Source: Prorocentrum cordatum (taxonomy: Eukaryota). Taken from it: a stretch of DNA of 64,000 nt. A program made the position numbers and the translations under genes. Under the pieces are notes generated by a model. That model was not told where the DNA came from, did no database searches, and saw only the letters and a program-made list of their open reading frames with translations. Of this stretch, positions 1-10,989 are shown piece after piece. Position 1 is the first letter of the stretch. Each line of letters begins with the position of its first letter. The stretch covers positions 1 to 64,000 of the forward strand of contig CAUYUJ010000288.1 in NCBI GenBank assembly GCA_963575745.1. Direction: 5' to 3'.

Positions 1-183
1 GGAGTGGAGTGGAGTGGAGTGGAGTGGAGTGGAGTGGAGTGGAGTGGAGTGGAGTGGAGTGGAGTGGAGTGGAGTGGAGTGGAGTGGAGTGGAGTGGAGT
101 GGAGTGGAGTGGAGTGGAGTGGAGTGGAGTGGGGTGGGGTGGGGTGGGGTGGAGTGGAGTGGAGTGGAGTGGAGTGGAGTGGA
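1..183. repeat. (GGAGT)n pentanucleotide microsatellite, running off the window edge
   Basis: Direct reading, with a few GGGGT variants at about 131-150. It abuts the 3' end of minus-strand LINE-C. Confidence 0.98.
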
Positions 184-184
184 C

Positions 185-1152
185 GCCACTACGAGGTGAT
201 ATCCGAAACTAACTACCTGAGGCCCTTGCTGCCTGCTGGGCTCGGGTCAGCGCCTTCGGCCACTGCCCTTTCGCCAACCTTCTGAGATATTATTGTCTGG
301 TGGGGGAGAGCCTATCAGTGCACGGTGCTTTAAAATCCTTAGACAGGAGCTCGTTTCAAAATAAGCCACACGCTTGACAATACCAAACCGGGAGGTCAAC
401 TTGAAACGGCATCTTGTGATGGGCCCCGACCCCCCACACAAATATTCAAAGGTTGCTCAGCGGGAGGATGCAAGACATTCGGACTTCCTAGAACGAGATC
501 GAAGCACGAGGACGACCGCCACATGGTGGCAGTGTCGATCGAGGCAGACCCGTGGCACCTGGTACAAGAGCGGCCGCTGGGCCCGAGAACATCGGAGCTG
601 TGGAAAACAGACAGGGCGGTAGGAGGAGGATGAGGAGGAGGAGGAGGAGGAGGAGGAGGAGGAGGAGGAGGGAGGCAGGAGGCGGCGGGGAGGGAGCGTG
701 TCACTCGTCCTCTCCCCGAGTCCTGTCACCTCCGCCACGTAGACAGGACTTGTCGGCCGAGTCGTGGCTGAGAACCTCGAGAGCTGCTCGTGGCAGCCGA
801 CGTCGGATCAGTAAAGCGTCTTTTCCAATCTGCCATGCACGCGCACGCACCGTACTGTTCAACCGACATGTTGCTGCTACTCCTGCCAACTCATCTGCCA
901 CACTATTGCCCGAGACCAGGAAACGCGGTACATCATCCTGCAAGATCTGGGGGGGAGTGAGGTGGGAGTCAACCTTGAGGACGGCAATATGTGACGTGTC
1001 ACGGCCTGTCTCATTCAGGGTCGAGCGTATAATATCCCACGTGCCCAAGCTCCCCCCAGCGGACCGTACATGCAGCCCATCACACCAACCGTCGCAAACT
1101 CCAGAATTGTCCGTGATGCAGATCAGGGGGCCTCTGGAATGGGAAAAGGCTA
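185..1152 (-). mobile_element. 3' part of degenerate non-LTR retrotransposon LINE-C: C-terminal half of RNase H plus C-terminal Cys/His motifs
   Basis: ORF 701..1210(-) has RNase H motifs ICITDN, LKVDSH and GNSVADELAG. Further on are H..CTRC (ORF 396..704) and HKMPFQVDLPVWYCQACGLF*NELLSKDFKAPC (about 418-320). A (GGA)n tract interrupts it at about 620-671. Confidence 0.85.
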
Positions 1153-1280
1153 CGGACCCTGGGGGGTTCTTATCTGACGAGGGCGGCGGTGATATCCATT
1201 GCCAACCCACGATTGGGGTCTCACGGGCTTCCAGACCCTGGATTCCTTACCCGATGGTTCCTTATCCAATGCCCTCACCG
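1153..1280. mobile_element. MITE family M1 copy with a deletion near its left end; host of the LINE-B insertion
   Basis: Colinear with 62378-62489 (CTGGGGGGT..ATCTGA[C/T]GAGGGCGGCGGTGATAT..GCTTCCAG[A/G]CCCTGGA[T/C]TCCTT..ATCCAA..TCACCG). Flanked by TA at 1151-1152 and, beyond LINE-B, at 7523-7524. Confidence 0.8.
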
Positions 1281-3265
1281 CGGACAACATCCTGGACGAG
1301 CTGTGCCTCAGCGGCTGGAGGCAGTCAGAGCCCCGCCGCATCGCCTTTCTGGTCAGGCTCAACAGTGCCCAGCCTCTGGATCGGTGGCGACTCGAGCACG
1401 CGCACTGGAGGCAACTGGCGCAGATCAGGGCCATGTTTCGTCGACTCCTTGGCGACAGAGCTGCTGGAGACCCAGTGCCGCCTCAGAGGCCTGGTGGGGG
1501 AATGGAGTCTGACCCTATTCGTTGGCCTGACCCAGATGACGACCAGGCGATGGATTACGTCGACAACCTGACGGCGAAGCTGGTCATGCTGTCGCACGCG
1601 CCCTCGCAGCAGCTTCCTGGCGGCAGGGTCTCGCCCAGCCAGGCCAACCTGTATGTGGAGCAAGCCAGCCTTGGTTCGCCCTGGTCAGCGAAGGGGGCCT
1701 CTTCGGTTTCGCGGACTGTTGAGTTAGAACGCATCCCTGATGGCGTTAGATCGCAGGGCGTTAGAACGCACGGCGTGGTGGCACGGGGGGGCGCGAGCCT
1801 GTTGGACACCGCCCTTGGCTTCATAGGGGGTCGAGGTGGGCGACCACCCCGTGCCACCAGTCTGCCCCAGTCGCCACCAGCTGGACAAACGCGTAAGAGC
1901 AGTGCAAGACCTGGTCCCGAGTGCTCCTCGAGCTCGGGCCAGGCTCAGTCGCCACCCGCTGGATCAATACCCTCGCCTGTCGAGAGGGTCGTTGGTGTTG
2001 CAGACAGCCCAAGCTGGAAAGCAAGAAGCCAACTCAACACCATAGTCACGGTGGACACCCTGGGCCTCCTGTCTGTCCCCGAGCCGCAGAACATCAAGGG
2101 GGACGTCCTGTCACAGCGGGAGGGGCCGTCTACGCTCTGCTTGGCCAAGCTGGTGGCGCCGCCTGTGGCTAGTCCAGCGTCCTTCATTTCGCTGAATGGC
2201 ACGACTTGGAAGGAGGCGCAGACGGAGCTAGAGCGCCTCTCGGTCCCTGGCGTGAAGGACGGCGTCTACCTTATCCAGGAGACGCGCTTCACGGGGAAGG
2301 AGAAGGAGAGCGAGGCCATCGGATGGGGCACTCGCAACGGCCTCAACGCTTCATTCAGCCCATGCAGGAGAACGGGAAGCTCGGCCCAGTCGGTGTCATC
2401 TGGGGTTGGCTGTCTTGCGGCGGCACACCGAGGATCAGCACCTGTGGACCATCACTGGGGTCCTTTCAGCTCGCGGCTCCTCGCTCGCAGGGTGGTATTC
2501 GGGGACTTGATGGTGATCGTGGTCAGCGCCTACCTGGAGCACTCCGCCAAGATGACGGGCACTAACGTGGAGCTGCTGAGCGAGCTGCAAGTCTTCCTCA
2601 ACTCTCAGTGCGAGCCTTTTGTAGTGGCAGCTGACTGGAACATGGAGCCGCAGCTGTTGGAGAGCTCCTGGTGGCCGCGTTCTGTAGGCGGGGCTGTTGT
2701 GGCGCCCAAGCTTCCTACCTGCTCAGTGCCCTCGGGGAACGATCGAGTATATGACTACTTCGTGATATCGGCCCCCCTTGCGGCTCTGAGCCCAACGGCA
2801 GACGTGCTTCGGCCAACGACTACACACCCCCATGCTCCAGTGCGGCTTACCTTCAGCAAGCTGGGGGCCCAAGCCAAGGTCTGGGTCTTGCGAGGCCCCA
2901 AGCGATTCGACCTGTCGACGCACATCTCGGAGGAGGACCAGCAGAAGGCGGTGGAAGACGCCCAGGACATCGTCTGGCAGGCGGCCCTGCCCTCTCCAGG
3001 CGTGGGGCCTGACGAGGCAGTGCGCGAGTTCTTCGACAAGGCGGAGATCCACTTGATTGGCATGTTGGGTCTCAGTGACGGCCCCAAGTACCGTGGCAGA
3101 GCGGACGGGCTCAAGCGGGTAGAGATCAGCCTCAAGGACCTCCAGCGTACGGGGACTTCCAGAGCCCTTCGACGAGGTTGTGGCTCTCACTCGGCAGGCT
3201 GGTCAAGCAACTCAGGGCAGCAGCTTCGGTCTCAGAGCCAGCCAAAGGCCATGCGCTATACATGA
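1199..3265 (+). CDS. LINE-B N-terminal region plus apurinic/apyrimidinic-type (EEP) endonuclease domain
   Basis: Motifs ISLNG, YLIQETR, SSGVG, VVSAYL, VAADWN, VYDYFV and HPHAPV. The TTG start at 1199 lies in the host MITE, so element-derived sequence begins at about 1281. It probably continues into the next ORF via a frameshift at about 3150-3180. Confidence 0.85.
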   Translation: MPTHDWGLTGFQTLDSLPDGSLSNALTADNILDELCLSGWRQSEPRRIAFLVRLNSAQPLDRWRLEHAHWRQLAQIRAMFRRLLGDRAAGDPVPPQRPGGGMESDPIRWPDPDDDQAMDYVDNLTAKLVMLSHAPSQQLPGGRVSPSQANLYVEQASLGSPWSAKGASSVSRTVELERIPDGVRSQGVRTHGVVARGGASLLDTALGFIGGRGGRPPRATSLPQSPPAGQTRKSSARPGPECSSSSGQAQSPPAGSIPSPVERVVGVADSPSWKARSQLNTIVTVDTLGLLSVPEPQNIKGDVLSQREGPSTLCLAKLVAPPVASPASFISLNGTTWKEAQTELERLSVPGVKDGVYLIQETRFTGKEKESEAIGWGTRNGLNASFSPCRRTGSSAQSVSSGVGCLAAAHRGSAPVDHHWGPFSSRLLARRVVFGDLMVIVVSAYLEHSAKMTGTNVELLSELQVFLNSQCEPFVVAADWNMEPQLLESSWWPRSVGGAVVAPKLPTCSVPSGNDRVYDYFVISAPLAALSPTADVLRPTTTHPHAPVRLTFSKLGAQAKVWVLRGPKRFDLSTHISEEDQQKAVEDAQDIVWQAALPSPGVGPDEAVREFFDKAEIHLIGMLGLSDGPKYRGRADGLKRVEISLKDLQRTGTSRALRRGCGSHSAGWSSNSGQQLRSQSQPKAMRYT

Positions 3266-6200
3266 AGCACCTGGAGCAGGCGATCTTCTCCCTGGCAGTT
3301 CAGTTCGACGGCTTGGGCAACCCGGTGTTCAACGGCACCGAGATGGATACGATAGTTCACGAGGTCAGGAGCGGCTCCTTTGACGGGCTGCAGGTGATGA
3401 AGGCCATCGCCAGGGTCACTGACAAGCACGTCAAGGGCGATGCGTCTGCAGCTAGGACCCGCTGGAAGGAGTTCGTGGACGAGTCGCTGGCGGGAGGAGG
3501 CCGTGGAGCTCATGCTATTAGCAAGAAGGTCCACGGCGAGGCGAAGCCGATCTTGGCGGACGGCAGCGGCGACTCGCCTCCTGTACCACTGGTGGGCCAA
3601 GCGGCCTTGGATCAGATGCTAGTGGAATGGGAGGCCCTGTGGAGCTGCGGGGACGGCCAGCAGACTAGACCTGCTGACTGGCTCACCACGTCGGACCTGC
3701 CCCCGATCACAGCTGAGCAGGTGATAGCGTCGGCGAAGACGTTCGCGAAGAAGACGGCGCTCGGATGGGATGGCTTCCACCCCAGGCTGCTGAAGATGTT
3801 AGGTTGGCCGTTCGCGCAGCGCATGGCGGACGTGCTGACGCAATGGGAAAGGCACCCGCAGCCGACGGCGATGTTCACCACGCTCATCGTCTTCTTGGGC
3901 AAGCCTGGGGGAGGACTTCGCCCCATCGGCCTGATGTGCTTTTGGCTCAGAGTTTGGGGCAGGATTCGCAGGCAGTATTGTTTACAATGGGAGCGCGACC
4001 ACCGCCTTCCTGAGATTTGGGGCAGCAGCTCTGACACCTGCTGCGATAGAGCAGCGTACTTGCACAACTTGTACCTAGGCCTCGCTCGGAAGGTCGGCTT
4101 CGACGGGGTCTCGGTGCACTTTGACATAAGCAAGTTCTACGAGCGAATCGACCACGGGCTGCTTCTGAAGGCGGCCGAGTTAAATGGATTCTGCACAGGC
4201 TTGGTACGTGCGCTCTGTGTTGCATACTCGGGACCGAGGAGAGCTACGGCAGACAGCGCCGTCAGCGAGGAGATACATGCGAGGGGCACGGTCATAGCTG
4301 GCTGCTCGTGTGCAACAACGATGGCCAGGCTCATGCTGATGGACCTTCTTGTCAAGAGCCGAGCCAAGCTCCCCATCGGGAGGATCGTCAGCGTGATTGA
4401 CGACATCTCGGGCAATGGAATCGGATCCAGAGGCGTGCTAGTCAGTCAGATGAACAGCTTCGTCCAGGGCGTCGTGGCGATGCTGAGAGACAAGCGGCTC
4501 CCGATCAACTGGGGCAAGACGAAAGTGCTGGCACCCTCAGTGGACATCCAGCGCGAGCTGATGAATCAGGAGGGGTGGCCGCTGGACAGGGCCGCCTTTG
4601 CTCAAGGACACCGAGATCTCGGTGGTGACGCGACGGCTGGTGGTCACCGTATGGTGGCGACGCAGGTCAAGCGGGAGCTGGATGCACTCCGTCAGGCAGC
4701 GAGACTGACACGCATCTTCGGACCTGGGCTGCGGCAAGCTCGGGTGATGCGAGCTGGGCCGACGGCCAAGGCGCTCTGGGGCTCGGCCATCGCTGGAGTC
4801 CCACCTGGGCGCATGAGGGCGCTGAGGGTGGCAGCTGCTAAGAGCGCTGGGCGCCTGCCGCCTGGAGCGGCCCTCAGCTTTGCCCTGCAGTGTGCGCCCC
4901 GCGGCTGGCGGCAGGACCCGCTGGTGGTGGCAGCGGGAATGGCAGTTCAGGCATTCGTCAACGTGGTGTGGTCTGGACAAGCCACTGCATCAGCCATCCA
5001 AGCGTGCATCCAAGAGAGCCAGCAGGTGCTAAGCAAGCAGCGGCCTTGGAGCTCGGTCCGTCAGCCGATAGCGGCGCTCACGCTCACTCTGCAGAGGATA
5101 GGCTGGCAGCTCTCCGTCGACGGCACCAAGCTGCTGGACGAGGACAAGGGGGAGTTCGAGGTGCTGCATTTCTCGCCCGCGTTCCTGGCGGAGTGGGCCA
5201 GAGAGGCCACGAGGAAAGCGGCTGCGCTGGGGGAGGCCCGAGCTCGTCCTGGATCGCTCTGGCCATGGAAGCTGCCGCCACAGTGGAGGCCAGTCAACGA
5301 GCTGCTCGGCAAGAGGGAGACGGAGACCTGGACTGGGCACCACAAAGGCTGCCTGCGCTGGCTCGTCTCGCTCTCGCACTGGCCCCAGGACCGTCTTGCG
5401 AGGCACTCCTCGGACATCGACCCGATCTGCAAGCTATGCCAGGCTGCACGAGGCACGGTGTTCCACAGGCACCACGTCTGCCCAGCTTGGGAACCTTGGC
5501 GGCGTGACAGGCTGCCGTCCGACCTGAAGCGTGCTGCTTGGTTGGTCCACGAGATGGGCCCGCCGTTCGATGAGCTGTTCTGCCAGGGCCTGTTCGTGGA
5601 CCCCTCCCTGCTGTTGCATCGTCCGTTCTGGCAGCCTCAATGGGAGCGGCTCTCGCATGGTTGGCATGAAGCAGTGGTGGTCGAAGACGGTGCCATGGTT
5701 TTCACAGACGGCTCCTGTATCCTCGGTGACTTTCCGCGCCTGCGCAGCGCTGGCTGGTCGGTCGTCGTGATGTCCAAGGAAGGGGCGATCCTAGCAGAGG
5801 CGTGGGGAGCGGTTCCCCCCAGTCTATGCCCATCGCAGACGGCACGTGCTGGAGAAGACTACGCAGCGGTGGTGGCGCTCACTGAGGTCATTGGCAACTA
5901 CCAGCTGCTGATCGACTGCAAGGGCACAGTGGACTCGGCGCTCAACCTTAGCAGAGCTCAGGGCCCAACTTCGACCTACGCCCATCTCTGGGCCAGAGTT
6001 GGGGATGCCGCGGAAGGTGTTGAAGTCAAGCACATTCCCGCACATCGGTCAGAAGCAGCGGTGGCCAGAGGGGAGATATCGGCTATCGAGCTCTTCGGCA
6101 ACCGCCTAGCAGACAAGCGAGCGAAGGAGGGGGCCGCCCTCCACGCTCTTCCAGCCGACGATGTCCAGCTTCTGGAGGGCTGCTTAGCCAGGGCTCGCGA

Positions 6201-7509
6201 CGCAGCTCGCTTCGCCGCAGAGATCGAGGTCTTCATCACGGATTCTGGGATGCGAGACTGCTGGCCGACGGAAGCCCTGGATAACGTCAACCTCCAGCCG
6301 TACCTCTACCCGTGGAACCTGTCGTGCGAGGACGAGGGCTACGACTTGTTGGACGCCTCCGCGGCGCAGCGTGGCAGGGGCTCGGCAGCTGTGTCAGCGG
6401 CAGCCTTCGCCGCGGCGGCAGCGACCAGCGCAGCGGCAACAGGTGCTGCTGCAGGCGCCGCGGGCGGCGCAGCGGGGCCTGTCCGCAAGCGCCCAGTGGC
6501 TGCGCAGAGGGCCGGCTCCGCCCCTGCCGCCCCCATCGCTGCGGGGCCAGGAGAGGGGGGCATTTCTCGTGCTGAGGCAGCGAGCGAGGTGTTTGCGAGA
6601 GAGGTTCGGCGCAGGGCGGAGGCCAGGTCGTCCGCAGAGTCCTCTCATCGCTCCCAGCTGGAGGAGCAACGCCCGTCCCCTGCCCCCACGACTGGACCCG
6701 AGCCATGGGTAGTGCACGGCCACAACATAATGCAGACCAACGTGGTGAGCAAGCCGAGCGAGGCCATCCTGGTGTGCACGCGCTGCTTCATGTACTGCCA
6801 CCAGCCGCGATACGCGCACAGGGGCCTGGCCAAGCCGTGTGTCGGTGGCGATCACAGATCAAGCCAAGGGTCGCGTGCTCAGGCCAGGACGGACTTCGGC
6901 AGGTTGCGATTGCCAGGCAAGGAGAAGCCGCCGATCGTGATGCTCAAGTCGCCGACGATGGAGGAGATGCAGCGCTGGCGGAGGTCGCTCAAGATGGACG
7001 ACTTCGACGGGCCCATCCTTCAGGTGGACGAGTGCCTGGCGGCGGCGCGTGCTGGCGGCCCTGGCGGCTCGCCAAGGCCTGCGGCTGCACAGCCTGCAGC
7101 GGGGCGAGCTGCTGGCGCGGCTGGGCCTGCGGGCGGAGCGGCGGCGGCTTCGGCGAGCGCCTCGGCTGCCGCGGGCGCGGCGGCGGTGCAGCCCGCGGTG
7201 CGCGAGGGCGTGCAGGAGCTCTTCGTGCCCGCCCTGGAGGACGTCCTCCGCGCGCACGGCTTCGCGTCGGCGGACGACGCCCGCGCCCGAGGGCGCGAGG
7301 CGGCCCAGGCGCGCGGGGAGCGGGACCGCGCGCGGGAGCGCGGCGCGGCGGCCCCGCGAGCGGCGAGGAGGCGGGGCCAGCGCTGGTGAGCCTCCCCCTC
7401 CTCGGCCGCCGAGGGGCCCTCAGCAGTCCCGCGCCGTTTGCGCGGGCATGCGGCAGTGCCCGAGAATTTGTGGCATGACCACGCGGGTGCTCGCGCCCGC
7501 TCGCAGAGT
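1281..7509 (+). mobile_element. Near-intact non-LTR retrotransposon LINE-B (APE endonuclease - RT - RNase H), probably 5'-truncated
   Basis: Bounded by the exact 13-bp direct repeat AATGCCCTCACCG at 1268-1280 and 7510-7522. Two long ORFs with one apparent frameshift. No poly(A) tail. Confidence 0.92.
3178..7389 (+). CDS. LINE-B reverse transcriptase - Zn knuckle - RNase H - C-terminal Cys/His motif polyprotein
   Basis: RT: ALGWDGF, GGLRPIGL, FDISKFYERIDH, GTVIAGCSCAT, SVIDDI. Zn knuckle: CKLC..H...C. RNase H: VFTDGSC, RAGED, IDCKG, HIPAH, GNRLADKRAK. C-terminal: HNIM..CTRC..LAKPC. Confidence 0.95.
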   Translation: MWLSLGRLVKQLRAAASVSEPAKGHALYMKHLEQAIFSLAVQFDGLGNPVFNGTEMDTIVHEVRSGSFDGLQVMKAIARVTDKHVKGDASAARTRWKEFVDESLAGGGRGAHAISKKVHGEAKPILADGSGDSPPVPLVGQAALDQMLVEWEALWSCGDGQQTRPADWLTTSDLPPITAEQVIASAKTFAKKTALGWDGFHPRLLKMLGWPFAQRMADVLTQWERHPQPTAMFTTLIVFLGKPGGGLRPIGLMCFWLRVWGRIRRQYCLQWERDHRLPEIWGSSSDTCCDRAAYLHNLYLGLARKVGFDGVSVHFDISKFYERIDHGLLLKAAELNGFCTGLVRALCVAYSGPRRATADSAVSEEIHARGTVIAGCSCATTMARLMLMDLLVKSRAKLPIGRIVSVIDDISGNGIGSRGVLVSQMNSFVQGVVAMLRDKRLPINWGKTKVLAPSVDIQRELMNQEGWPLDRAAFAQGHRDLGGDATAGGHRMVATQVKRELDALRQAARLTRIFGPGLRQARVMRAGPTAKALWGSAIAGVPPGRMRALRVAAAKSAGRLPPGAALSFALQCAPRGWRQDPLVVAAGMAVQAFVNVVWSGQATASAIQACIQESQQVLSKQRPWSSVRQPIAALTLTLQRIGWQLSVDGTKLLDEDKGEFEVLHFSPAFLAEWAREATRKAAALGEARARPGSLWPWKLPPQWRPVNELLGKRETETWTGHHKGCLRWLVSLSHWPQDRLARHSSDIDPICKLCQAARGTVFHRHHVCPAWEPWRRDRLPSDLKRAAWLVHEMGPPFDELFCQGLFVDPSLLLHRPFWQPQWERLSHGWHEAVVVEDGAMVFTDGSCILGDFPRLRSAGWSVVVMSKEGAILAEAWGAVPPSLCPSQTARAGEDYAAVVALTEVIGNYQLLIDCKGTVDSALNLSRAQGPTSTYAHLWARVGDAAEGVEVKHIPAHRSEAAVARGEISAIELFGNRLADKRAKEGAALHALPADDVQLLEGCLARARDAARFAAEIEVFITDSGMRDCWPTEALDNVNLQPYLYPWNLSCEDEGYDLLDASAAQRGRGSAAVSAAAFAAAAATSAAATGAAAGAAGGAAGPVRKRPVAAQRAGSAPAAPIAAGPGEGGISRAEAASEVFAREVRRRAEARSSAESSHRSQLEEQRPSPAPTTGPEPWVVHGHNIMQTNVVSKPSEAILVCTRCFMYCHQPRYAHRGLAKPCVGGDHRSSQGSRAQARTDFGRLRLPGKEKPPIVMLKSPTMEEMQRWRRSLKMDDFDGPILQVDECLAAARAGGPGGSPRPAAAQPAAGRAAGAAGPAGGAAAASASASAAAGAAAVQPAVREGVQELFVPALEDVLRAHGFASADDARARGREAAQARGERDRARERGAAAPRAARRRGQRW

Positions 7510-7522
7510 AATGCCCTCACCG

Positions 7523-9702
7523 TAACAGGAGCTCATATATTCCGCCTCGAGGAACCGGCTGCTTCCGACCAGGGAGAGGCCCCAGGATACCAGCCTTCAC
7601 GACGGGGGTGTCGTAGGAAGCTGACGTAATTGCTGAAACTCCAACGCGTGTAAAAGCTGGTTCGCGTGCATCTGGTCCTCCAGATGCGTCGCCGAAAACA
7701 ATGACTGGGTGGCCAATCGTGCCGACTCCGAGAGTAGTATCATGCAGAGTTCCCGCCATCTCGTTGCAACCGGCAGTGGACCACGAGGGTTTTGAGCTGG
7801 CTAGCGGCACTGCAGTCCAAGCTCGGGGAATGAGATCCCGCATCCAAAAACAAGCCTCGCTTTCGCCTCTGGCCATGGCTGAACCGACCAAGTTGCCAGA
7901 GGCCTTGAAAGCTTTGTGCTCTCCACTGTTGTTTCTGCAAAGCCAAACTTTATGCAGAGCAGTCTCTGGCGATTCTTGGCATCGAGGGCGAAGTGGGCTG
8001 ACGCGATGACGAGTTTCGTCGACGACGCGTTGACGAGGCCAGAATCCCCCAGTGGCGATGCTGATCATCGCTCTGGCGAGGCGATGTCCGTGATTACTCT
8101 GCCGTCGACTATGAAACACGACGATGGCTAGTATTGTCTACTCCACCTTGGACCCCTTTTCCCCACAAGAATGTCTGGAAGCACGTGACCAGGCAAGCTG
8201 TTGAAATGACTGCTGAAATTCGTCGAGCACCTCGGTCGGGTCCTCAAATCCAGTGGGGCCCTCGTCGGAACAAAAACCAGTGAGCGCCATCGTCTCCTGG
8301 AGTGGACCACTCCTTTGGCGATGTCGGTGTCCATGCTACTTCTAACATGTACCCAATAAGAGCCCTCATGGGGCCCCGAACCTGCCTGGGGAACTGAGAA
8401 GGTAGCATATTTTGAAGCACCCCACGTGCCCGAGGCCAGGCTTGACGAACCATAGGACGAAGATGAGGAACACCAAACCACGTATCTAACCATAACTCCA
8501 TCGCACCCCGAGGAAACGTAGCAAACGGGTCGGCACCAGGAACGCGTAAGTCTAGAAGGGTGGTAAGACATCGCCGTTTTCCTTAGCTCCCATAGACGCC
8601 CCGAGCCGTCGCCTACAACCAACGCGGAAAGATCCAAGCGAACCGTATATTTGTTGGCCAGACGATCCAGCAGCTTGCGCCCCTGCACGTCCCAACCGCC
8701 GAGTAACCTTGTACCGTCTGGATGCACGAGCGAACTTCCGAACCTTGACCGTCATCGGGGATGCTTTGGTGATGCGCTTACGTCGGGTGGAACGGGCAGG
8801 GCGTCCAGCGCCAAGGTCCACGCCGAGGTGCTGAGCCCGGAGCGCGCTCTGAACTGCGAAGCTTGGCGGCCACAAACACACCGTCGCAGGAATTGGAACA
8901 TATTGGAGCACTCTTGGGAGCGGCTTTCAGACCTGCCTTGGAGAGCTCGCTGCACGCATCGCGCAGGCACCAATAAAACTTGGCACGAACAACCTTCTTG
9001 GACCCAACAACCCTTTGATAGAGTTCGTCGACCCAAATCCTCATGGGCGCCCCCACGTGGGTGGTAGTGATTTTGGGAAGGATGAAATCAACCATGCACC
9101 TGCCGAAGCGTGCGCCACTTCTGAGACCTTGCACTATGCTCCGAAATGGTTGAAATGCGACAGAGAAACAACCGTCTTGGGCGAGAGTTCGCGGGGCCAT
9201 GCAATTCCGAAGCTCCAGCCCTAGAACGACAGCGGGGAAATGAAATTGAAGAGAAGTGCCGACCAACGCCTCCCAAGACATTGAATCTTAAAAAGCTCCA
9301 ACATCGATCAAACCCGTGCCGAAATCGATACCCATCCGCATCCAAGCTCCATCTTGTAAAGCTCGAACGAAACTTCGCGGAGTGCTGAGTTGCCTCGGAT
9401 GGTGGCGTCCACGCTGGCTCTGAGGAGGAGATCCAGGAGCGAACATCTCCACGAGCTAACAACCACACTCGGGTGAACATGGCCATTGACCCGGCCACCC
9501 TGTCGCCCCTATTTTTCTTCCCGAGAAGCTTATTTATGACGATGATCACTTGCCAGGGCCATGTGAGCCGTGCTTCGCATGCTTGAAGTAACTGCAGAGG
9601 CTGCTGGGCACCTTCAGGTGGAAGCCGCTGCATATCGATCGGTGACATCTGGCCGACACCCTGACCAGCGCGTGCTTCCATACCTCGAAGAGCGGTTTCC
9701 AC
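7523..9702 (-). pseudogene. LINE-C RT, Zn-knuckle remnant and RNase H N-half
   Basis: GKKNRGDRVAG, RSIVQGLRSG, IWVDEL (YxDD equivalent), QHLGVDLG, PRCQESPETALHKVWLC, VFGDASGG, GPLPGRKQPVPRGGIYELLL. Confidence 0.85.
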
Positions 9703-10989
9703 CCGATCGCCCGCGAGATCAGGTAAGTGATCGTCTTCGGCTGCAGCTCGAATCCGATCGTGCAGTTGGCCTAAGGCGCGGAGTCAGACTTCGCCTGGGC
9801 TCCACAGATTGTGTCATCGCTTGGCCTTCTGGTCTAAAACGTCTTTGTGGGTAAAAAGGACCTCACCACCAACCTCGATCTCAGAGGAAGGGTTGGGGGT
9901 GGACTTGCGGGCCTTGTGGAGCACTCCAATGGCTTCGGAGTGGAAATCCATCCCCGAAATTCGCCCAAGGAACTTTGGAGATCCCGACGCCTGGCACGAG
10001 CTGCTACGCGTTTGGCCAACGACCAAAGATGTTGCAACGTAGTCATATCTAGCGACTGCGCATGCAAAAACTGAGACTGCCAAATCGACCAAGAGCCGTC
10101 CGCTGGGTCGAGAGACGCAAGTAGGAGGTGAACTAATTCTGGAACGTCACCGGCTAGAGCTGAGAACGTTGCTGAAGGGCGAACCCGTCGTATTGCCCCG
10201 CTGCCTTCTATAACCACGTGATGGCAAATATTGTGAAGTACAGTGTGTGTACCCTTCCCAACCAGCATGCAACTTGCCCGTGCCAGGGTTCCGTGCGAAC
10301 TGTATCCAGCACGTGAAGCCTGGTATCCTCCTGGCATCGCTCGGACGTGTGCATTTTCCCTTCGGCGAGGACTATCGAGGAGCATCCTCGATCATTTGGA
10401 AAAAAAATCACGCACGAAACCAAAAAATACACAGGGAATGGACGTCCGAGCGATGGCGAGTCCTTGAAGTGTGGGCCTTCGGCCCTGGACCGGAGAGGAG
10501 GCCGTGCGTCACGATGCGCCGCGAAGGTCTGCCCCACTTGTGCGTGCCCGTTGTGAATGCGACGCGCTCCCACTCATGATGTGCTCGTGACCCGCGTGAA
10601 GTGCAGCGGAGTCCCTCATCGCAGGCCGAGCATCTTCTGACTTGCCCGCCGGTGCGCGCCCGATGCCCCGCTCGGCGGTTGCCCAGGACTCGTCGGAGAT
10701 GGCGAAGGTGGGAAGAGGAGGGGAAGGAGAACAAGGGCCCGCCTGATCCCCGCTGGGCCTTTCGGGGGCGGGTGGGTTTACAACCTCTAAGGTTGGTTCG
10801 TGGGCTTCTTGCTCGAGCTGGAAATCGCTAGCCTGCGACTCGGACGCGCTGGGCCCCCGCACCCCCAGGAGGAGACCCTGCCAGGGGGGCGAGCGAGAGA
10901 GGGGCCCAGGGACCGCACCTTCATCGTCCGAGTCGTCAGACAAAAGCTGTACTTGTGCTGTTGAGGAGCCTTGAGCGTCCTCATTCGAA

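Noticed and set aside
1144..1156. SL-like TCCGTAGCCTTTT on the minus strand
   Set aside because: It straddles the MITE/LINE-C junction and lacks GGCTCAAG, so it is a chance product of the insertion.
1174..1215. Hammerhead ribozyme suggested by CTGACGA here and CTGATGA at about 62394
   Set aside because: Neither copy has a pairing stem II followed by GAAA; the segment is explained as MITE M1.
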